DNA from: an uncultured Acidobacteriota bacterium
Lineage (GTDB): Bacteria; Acidobacteriota; Vicinamibacteria; Vicinamibacterales; UBA2999
Reading direction: 5' to 3'
Length of the DNA stretch: 64,000 nt
Assembly (NCBI GenBank): GCA_963709325.1
Contig: CAVPVV010000003.1
Coordinates: forward strand, 2,886,638-2,950,637
The position numbers and the translations under genes were made by a program. Positions 60,163-64,000 of the stretch are shown here, one piece after another. Under the pieces are notes generated by a model, which did not search any database, had not been told where the DNA came from, and was given only the letters and a program-made list of their open reading frames with translations. How positions within the stretch are numbered: the stretch's first letter is position 1; each line of letters opens with the position of its first letter.

Positions 60163-63100
60163 GTGCCCTGGTTGTTTCTCCTGGCCTACACCTGTTCCGG
60201 GTTGGCCGGTCTCGTCTACGAAGTCACCTGGACGCGGCTGCTCACGCTCTACATCGGCCACAGCACCGCGGCCGCTTCCGCAGTCGTTGCGGCGTTCCTC
60301 GGCGGGCTGGCAATCGGCGCCGCCGCCGGCGGCGACTTCGCGGCCGGCTGGACGCGGCAACGCGCCGCCCGCGCTTACGTCGCACTGGAACTGTTCGTCG
60401 CCGTGGCCGCGCTGGCGCTGCCGCTGGCGGTCCGCACGCTCACGCCGCTGTTGGCGTGGGCATACGGCAGCGACGGCAGCGGGCTGTTTCCCGCCGTTCG
60501 TCTGCTCGTGTGCCTGCTCGTGGTGCTGGTTCCCGCGGCGGCGCTCGGCGCGACGTTCCCAATGGCAATCCGCTGGTTTGCGAGTGAGAGCGGCCGCGCC
60601 GCGCGGCTGAGCGGCGCCCTTTACGCGCTGAACACGGCGGGGGCAGCGGTCGGCGCGATGCTGGCTGGTTTCGTGCTGATTCCCACGATTGGTCTTTCAG
60701 GCACGACGCTCGTCGGCGTGACGGGTTCGCTACTGGCGGCTACCGCGGTGTGGGTCGTGCAGCGCAGCGCGGCGAATGTCGAACGCTGGCAGCCAGTCGC
60801 CGGATTCCAGCCCGCCGCACGTCGAAGCAGATCTGGACGTGACTCCGCCGAGGTGCCCTCCGCGGCGAACGCGACTGACGGCGCCGACTACCGGTGGCTT
60901 GCGGCGATCGTATTGGGCGTGTCGGGCTTCGCGTCGCTCGCGCACGAGATTGCCTGGACGCGAATTCTTGCCCTCGTCCTCGGCCCGACGACATACGCGT
61001 TTGCCGCAACGCTGGCCGCGGTGATCTCCGGTGTCGCGCTCGGCTCGGCCGCGGGATCGTGGCTCGTCGGCCGCACGCGCCACTACGGCGCCTGGCTGGC
61101 CGCGGTGCTGGCCGCCGGCGCGGTGACCGTCAGCTACACCTACTCGCTGGCCGGTGAGAGATTTCCGCGGCTGGTCGCCGAGCAGATGGCCGGAGCGGAG
61201 GAACCGTTCAACGAACTCCTGCGGCAGGGGCTGCTCCTCACCGCCGCCTTGATCGTTCCTACCGCTGCCTGCCTCGGCAGCGCATTTCCGCTCGCGCTGG
61301 CAATGGCCGGCGACGGGGCCGATGCCACGCGACGCTTCGGCGTCGTCTATGCGGTCAACACGATCGGCGCGGTCATGGGCTCTCTTGCGGCTGGCTTCGT
61401 CCTCATCCCGCGGCTGGGACTTCAGGGCACACTTCAGGTGGCGAGCGGCGCGCTGGTCGCCGCTGCACTCGCGATTGTTGCTGGCGGTGAGCCGCGCTGG
61501 TCTCACCGTGTCGCCGGCCTGGCCGCGTCGGCGGCCGCAGTGCTCCTCCTCGTCTTTAGCGCCCCATGGGATCGCGAGCTGCTCGCGAGCGGGCCCTACA
61601 TGTACGCGCCGTTCGTGCCTGGCGATCTCGATCTCACAACCCAACTCAAGGCCGGCAGACTGCTTTACTACCGCGAGGGCGCGTCGGCGACGGTGTCGGT
61701 GAAGCGTCTCACCGGTACCACGACGCTCGCGGTTGACGGAAAAGTGGACGCCTCGAACCGAGGCGACATGCTGACCCAGAAACTCATCGCGCACCTGCCG
61801 TTGCTCGTCCACGACGCTCCGCGGCGAGTCGCCATTGTCGGTCTCGGCAGCGGCGTCACCGCCGGCGCGGCGCTCACCCACCCGATCGAGCGGGCTGACG
61901 TGCTCGAGATCTCGCCGGAGGTGGTGGATGCCTCGGCGTTCTTCACCGACGAGAACCGCGGCGCACTCAAGGATCCGCGTCTTCACCTGATCGTCGGCGA
62001 CGGCCGCTCGCACCTGCAGCTGTCCCGCGAGCGGTACGACGTCATCGTGTCCGAGCCATCGAACCCGTGGATTGCAGGTGTCGCGGCGCTCTTCACGCGC
62101 GAGTTCTTCGCCGCAGCGCGGGACCGGCTCGCCCCTGGCGGCGTGCTGTGCCATTGGGCGAACGCTTACAACATCAGCGAGCCCGACCTGCGCTCGATTG
62201 TGGCAACGTTCCAGTCGGTCTTCCCGGACGGCACGGTCTGGCTCGTCGGCAATGACGATGTCCTGATGCTCGGTTCAGACGGGCCGCTCGACGATCGGCT
62301 GTCGCGGCTGGCCGAGCACCTCGATCAGCCCGGCGTCCGCTCCGATCTCGCGTTGGTCGAGGTGCGCGATGCGTTCTCGATCCTCTCGCTCTTCGCCGCC
62401 GGTCCGGCCGCGCTCGCGTCGTACCTGCACGGCGTGCCGCTCCTCACCGACGACACCATGCGGCTCGAGTTTTCGGCGCCGCGAGAGCTCCATAACCGGC
62501 GGGCGGGAGACAATGTCGCCGCTTTGGTCGCTGCCGGCGAAGCCACAGCGGCGCCGCGTGCCGTTGCCGGCGTTCGTGCGCACGCGGGCGCGACCGAGTG
62601 GCGCAATCGGGGTGCGATGTTCTCCAAGGCCGACGTGTTCGGCCGCGCCAACGACGACTTCCTCACCGCCGTCGGCCAGGATCCTTCTGACCGCGAGGCG
62701 CTGGACGGTTTCGTTCGCACGGCGCTCGTCACCGGCCGGGCGGCCGAGGCGATCGCGAAACTGCGGGAGCGTCTCGGCGCAGCTGCCGCAGATCGTCCGC
62801 GCACGCTCGTCGCGCTCTCGAAACTGCAGGCGAGCTCAGGCGCGCGCGACGATGCGCTGACCACCGCGCAGCGGGCGGCGGACCTGGCGCCGTCCGATCC
62901 GGCCGGGCACGAACAACTCGCGTCGCTGTATGCGGATGCCGGCGATACAGTGCGGCTCGATCAGGCTGTCCGCACGCTGCAATCGACCGCCGGCGAGGAT
63001 GCCGCAGCCACGTTGTATTACGCGGCCGCGGCGCAGCTGCTCCACGGCAACCTGCCGCAGGCAATGGTCCTGGCCGAGCGCGGCATCGGTTTTCATCCCG

Positions 63101-63360
63101 ACTACGCGGCGCTCTACGACCTTGCCGGCGCGACCTACACGAAGCTCGGGCAGGTGTTTCGCGCCCGCTGGGCCTTCGACCAGTCACTGCGCTTCGACGC
63201 GCACGACAGCACTGCCTACGAGAATCTCGGCGTGCTGGCGTTCGAGGAGGGGAACTTGCCGGCGGCGCGCAACTACTTCGCCGAAGCCCTCTGGCTGAAC
63301 CCAAGCTCCGCGGTGGCCCGGCAGGGCGTGCAGCGGGCGATGTCTGGCGCGCCTCGCTGA
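60163..63360 (+). CDS. Polytopic membrane protein fused to a spermidine-synthase-like domain and C-terminal TPR repeats
   Basis: 1065 aa with GTG start. About 12 hydrophobic segments in the first 470 aa. RVAIVGLGSGVTAGAAL, VLEISPEVVDAS, LIVGDGRSHL, YDVIVSEPSNPWIAGVAALFTREFF (aminopropyltransferase fold). TPR units near the C-terminus. Confidence 0.85.
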   Translation: MPWLFLLAYTCSGLAGLVYEVTWTRLLTLYIGHSTAAASAVVAAFLGGLAIGAAAGGDFAAGWTRQRAARAYVALELFVAVAALALPLAVRTLTPLLAWAYGSDGSGLFPAVRLLVCLLVVLVPAAALGATFPMAIRWFASESGRAARLSGALYALNTAGAAVGAMLAGFVLIPTIGLSGTTLVGVTGSLLAATAVWVVQRSAANVERWQPVAGFQPAARRSRSGRDSAEVPSAANATDGADYRWLAAIVLGVSGFASLAHEIAWTRILALVLGPTTYAFAATLAAVISGVALGSAAGSWLVGRTRHYGAWLAAVLAAGAVTVSYTYSLAGERFPRLVAEQMAGAEEPFNELLRQGLLLTAALIVPTAACLGSAFPLALAMAGDGADATRRFGVVYAVNTIGAVMGSLAAGFVLIPRLGLQGTLQVASGALVAAALAIVAGGEPRWSHRVAGLAASAAAVLLLVFSAPWDRELLASGPYMYAPFVPGDLDLTTQLKAGRLLYYREGASATVSVKRLTGTTTLAVDGKVDASNRGDMLTQKLIAHLPLLVHDAPRRVAIVGLGSGVTAGAALTHPIERADVLEISPEVVDASAFFTDENRGALKDPRLHLIVGDGRSHLQLSRERYDVIVSEPSNPWIAGVAALFTREFFAAARDRLAPGGVLCHWANAYNISEPDLRSIVATFQSVFPDGTVWLVGNDDVLMLGSDGPLDDRLSRLAEHLDQPGVRSDLALVEVRDAFSILSLFAAGPAALASYLHGVPLLTDDTMRLEFSAPRELHNRRAGDNVAALVAAGEATAAPRAVAGVRAHAGATEWRNRGAMFSKADVFGRANDDFLTAVGQDPSDREALDGFVRTALVTGRAAEAIAKLRERLGAAAADRPRTLVALSKLQASSGARDDALTTAQRAADLAPSDPAGHEQLASLYADAGDTVRLDQAVRTLQSTAGEDAAATLYYAAAAQLLHGNLPQAMVLAERGIGFHPDYAALYDLAGATYTKLGQVFRARWAFDQSLRFDAHDSTAYENLGVLAFEEGNLPAARNYFAEALWLNPSSAVARQGVQRAMSGAPR

Positions 63361-63364
63361 AGCG

Positions 63365-63907
63365 CTAACCAGGTGTCTCGGTCGACGCAGTGATTTCAAC
63401 CACGTACATCGGCTCGCGCCGATACCGCGATCGCCGGGTGCCGAGCAGCCGTACGGCGTCGAGGCCGGCGTCGTTGAACAGACGCGTGAGGCTGCGGCGA
63501 CTCAGCGGATAGGGAATCCACGGATTGCCGGCGTCCGTGTCGTACTCGACAATGATGAAGCGTGGCTGCGTCATCGCCGCGGCGGCCCGTCGGATGAACG
63601 CCGGCTGGCCGGCGACGTAGTGCAGCGCGTTGGCCAGCATCACGCCGTCGGGCGCGTCGAATGGCCAGGGAAGACGCGTGAAATCGGCGGCGTGCGTGGC
63701 GATCGCCACGCTGCCATGCTGCCGGGGAATCGCACCAAGGGCCGCGGCGTCGCGATCAACGGCGTGAATCACGCTGCCAGCCGGCAGCAAGGTGGCCAGG
63801 GCGACGGTGAACGTGCCGTCGCCGCAGCCAAGGTCCGCCCACGTTTCGGGCCGTGTTCCGGAGCGTCGCGCCGGGCCAATCAAATCCGCAGCTTCGCCGA
63901 CCGTCAT
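63365..63907 (-). CDS. Class I SAM-dependent methyltransferase
   Basis: 180 aa. SAM motif I WADLGCGDGTFTVALATLL, motif II-like VIHAVDRD, DGVMLANALHY. Confidence 0.8.
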   Translation of the reverse strand: MTVGEAADLIGPARRSGTRPETWADLGCGDGTFTVALATLLPAGSVIHAVDRDAAALGAIPRQHGSVAIATHAADFTRLPWPFDAPDGVMLANALHYVAGQPAFIRRAAAAMTQPRFIIVEYDTDAGNPWIPYPLSRRSLTRLFNDAGLDAVRLLGTRRSRYRREPMYVVEITASTETPG

Positions 63908-63910
63908 CGA

Positions 63911-64000
63911 TCAACGCGCGAAGTCGATGAAGCCGCGGTCGACGTCCACTGATACCAGCCGAACCTGAAGCCGATCGCCGACATCCACACCTGCGAAGCC
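63911..64000 (-). CDS. 3' end of a gene running off the right edge; C-terminus resembles an S1 RNA-binding domain (RNase R/II-like)
   Basis: Own translation of the reverse complement: GFAGVDVGDRLQVRLVSVDVDRGFIDFAR-stop (TGA = 63913-63911). Only 29 residues are visible. Confidence 0.3.
   Translation of the reverse strand, partial: GFAGVDVGDRLQVRLVSVDVDRGFIDFAR

Overview
High-GC bacterial chromosomal window. Gene content (CarboxypepD_reg-type TonB receptor, PEP-CTERM/XrtA-style EPS genes, many TPR and FG-GAP proteins) suggests a soil Acidobacteriota/Gemmatimonadota-like organism; this is inference only. All calls rest on reading the sequence and ORF track and on motif recognition from memory. 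No searches were run, and frameshift positions are good to about +/-30 nt.

Layout:
(1) 1-13.3 kb: a visibly lower-GC biosynthetic island. It holds a hybrid NRPS-PKS megasynthase (A-T-KS-AT-T-aminotransferase, 2251 aa) translationally coupled to a further NRPS C-A-T module that runs off the left edge. It also holds an SGNH hydrolase, a cupin/JmjC-like oxygenase and a frameshifted methyltransferase, and is bounded by an IS21-like transposase relic at about 13.4-13.6 kb.
(2) 13.6-24.1 kb, minus strand: an exosortase/PEP-CTERM-style exopolysaccharide locus in canonical gene order. No exosortase or glycosyltransferase block is present. Five consecutive genes are broken by many frame changes, mostly of one sign, while the three promoter-proximal genes are intact.
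(3) 24.5-31 kb: FG-GAP protein, TonB-dependent receptor, cyclophilin and TPR protein. The receptor and the cyclophilin each have the signal peptide in a different frame from the mature domain.
(4) 31-37.5 kb: an aspartate-family operon with a MetX-homoserine dehydrogenase fusion, a Cys/Met PLP enzyme and a ThrA-like aspartokinase-homoserine dehydrogenase. A codon-phased (x-Thr-Lys)x4 hairpin/bridging ORF sits directly in front of thrA.
(5) 39.1-45.4 kb: three tandem paralogous secreted Fn3-type proteins. Their internal 75-aa repeat is present 4, 6 and 0 times, and five copies in the middle gene are near-identical 225-bp tandem units.
(6) 45.5-64 kb: mixed housekeeping and stress genes (cupin, methyltransferases, PilZ, M48 and metzincin proteases, tandem USP, S51 peptidase, amidase, DUF4159, DUF952, membrane spermidine-synthase-like TPR protein). 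Two further short-period repeat hairpins exactly fill intergenic gaps.

No rRNA, tRNA or CRISPR array was found. Most long ORFs in the track that lie antisense to these genes are high-GC shadows.
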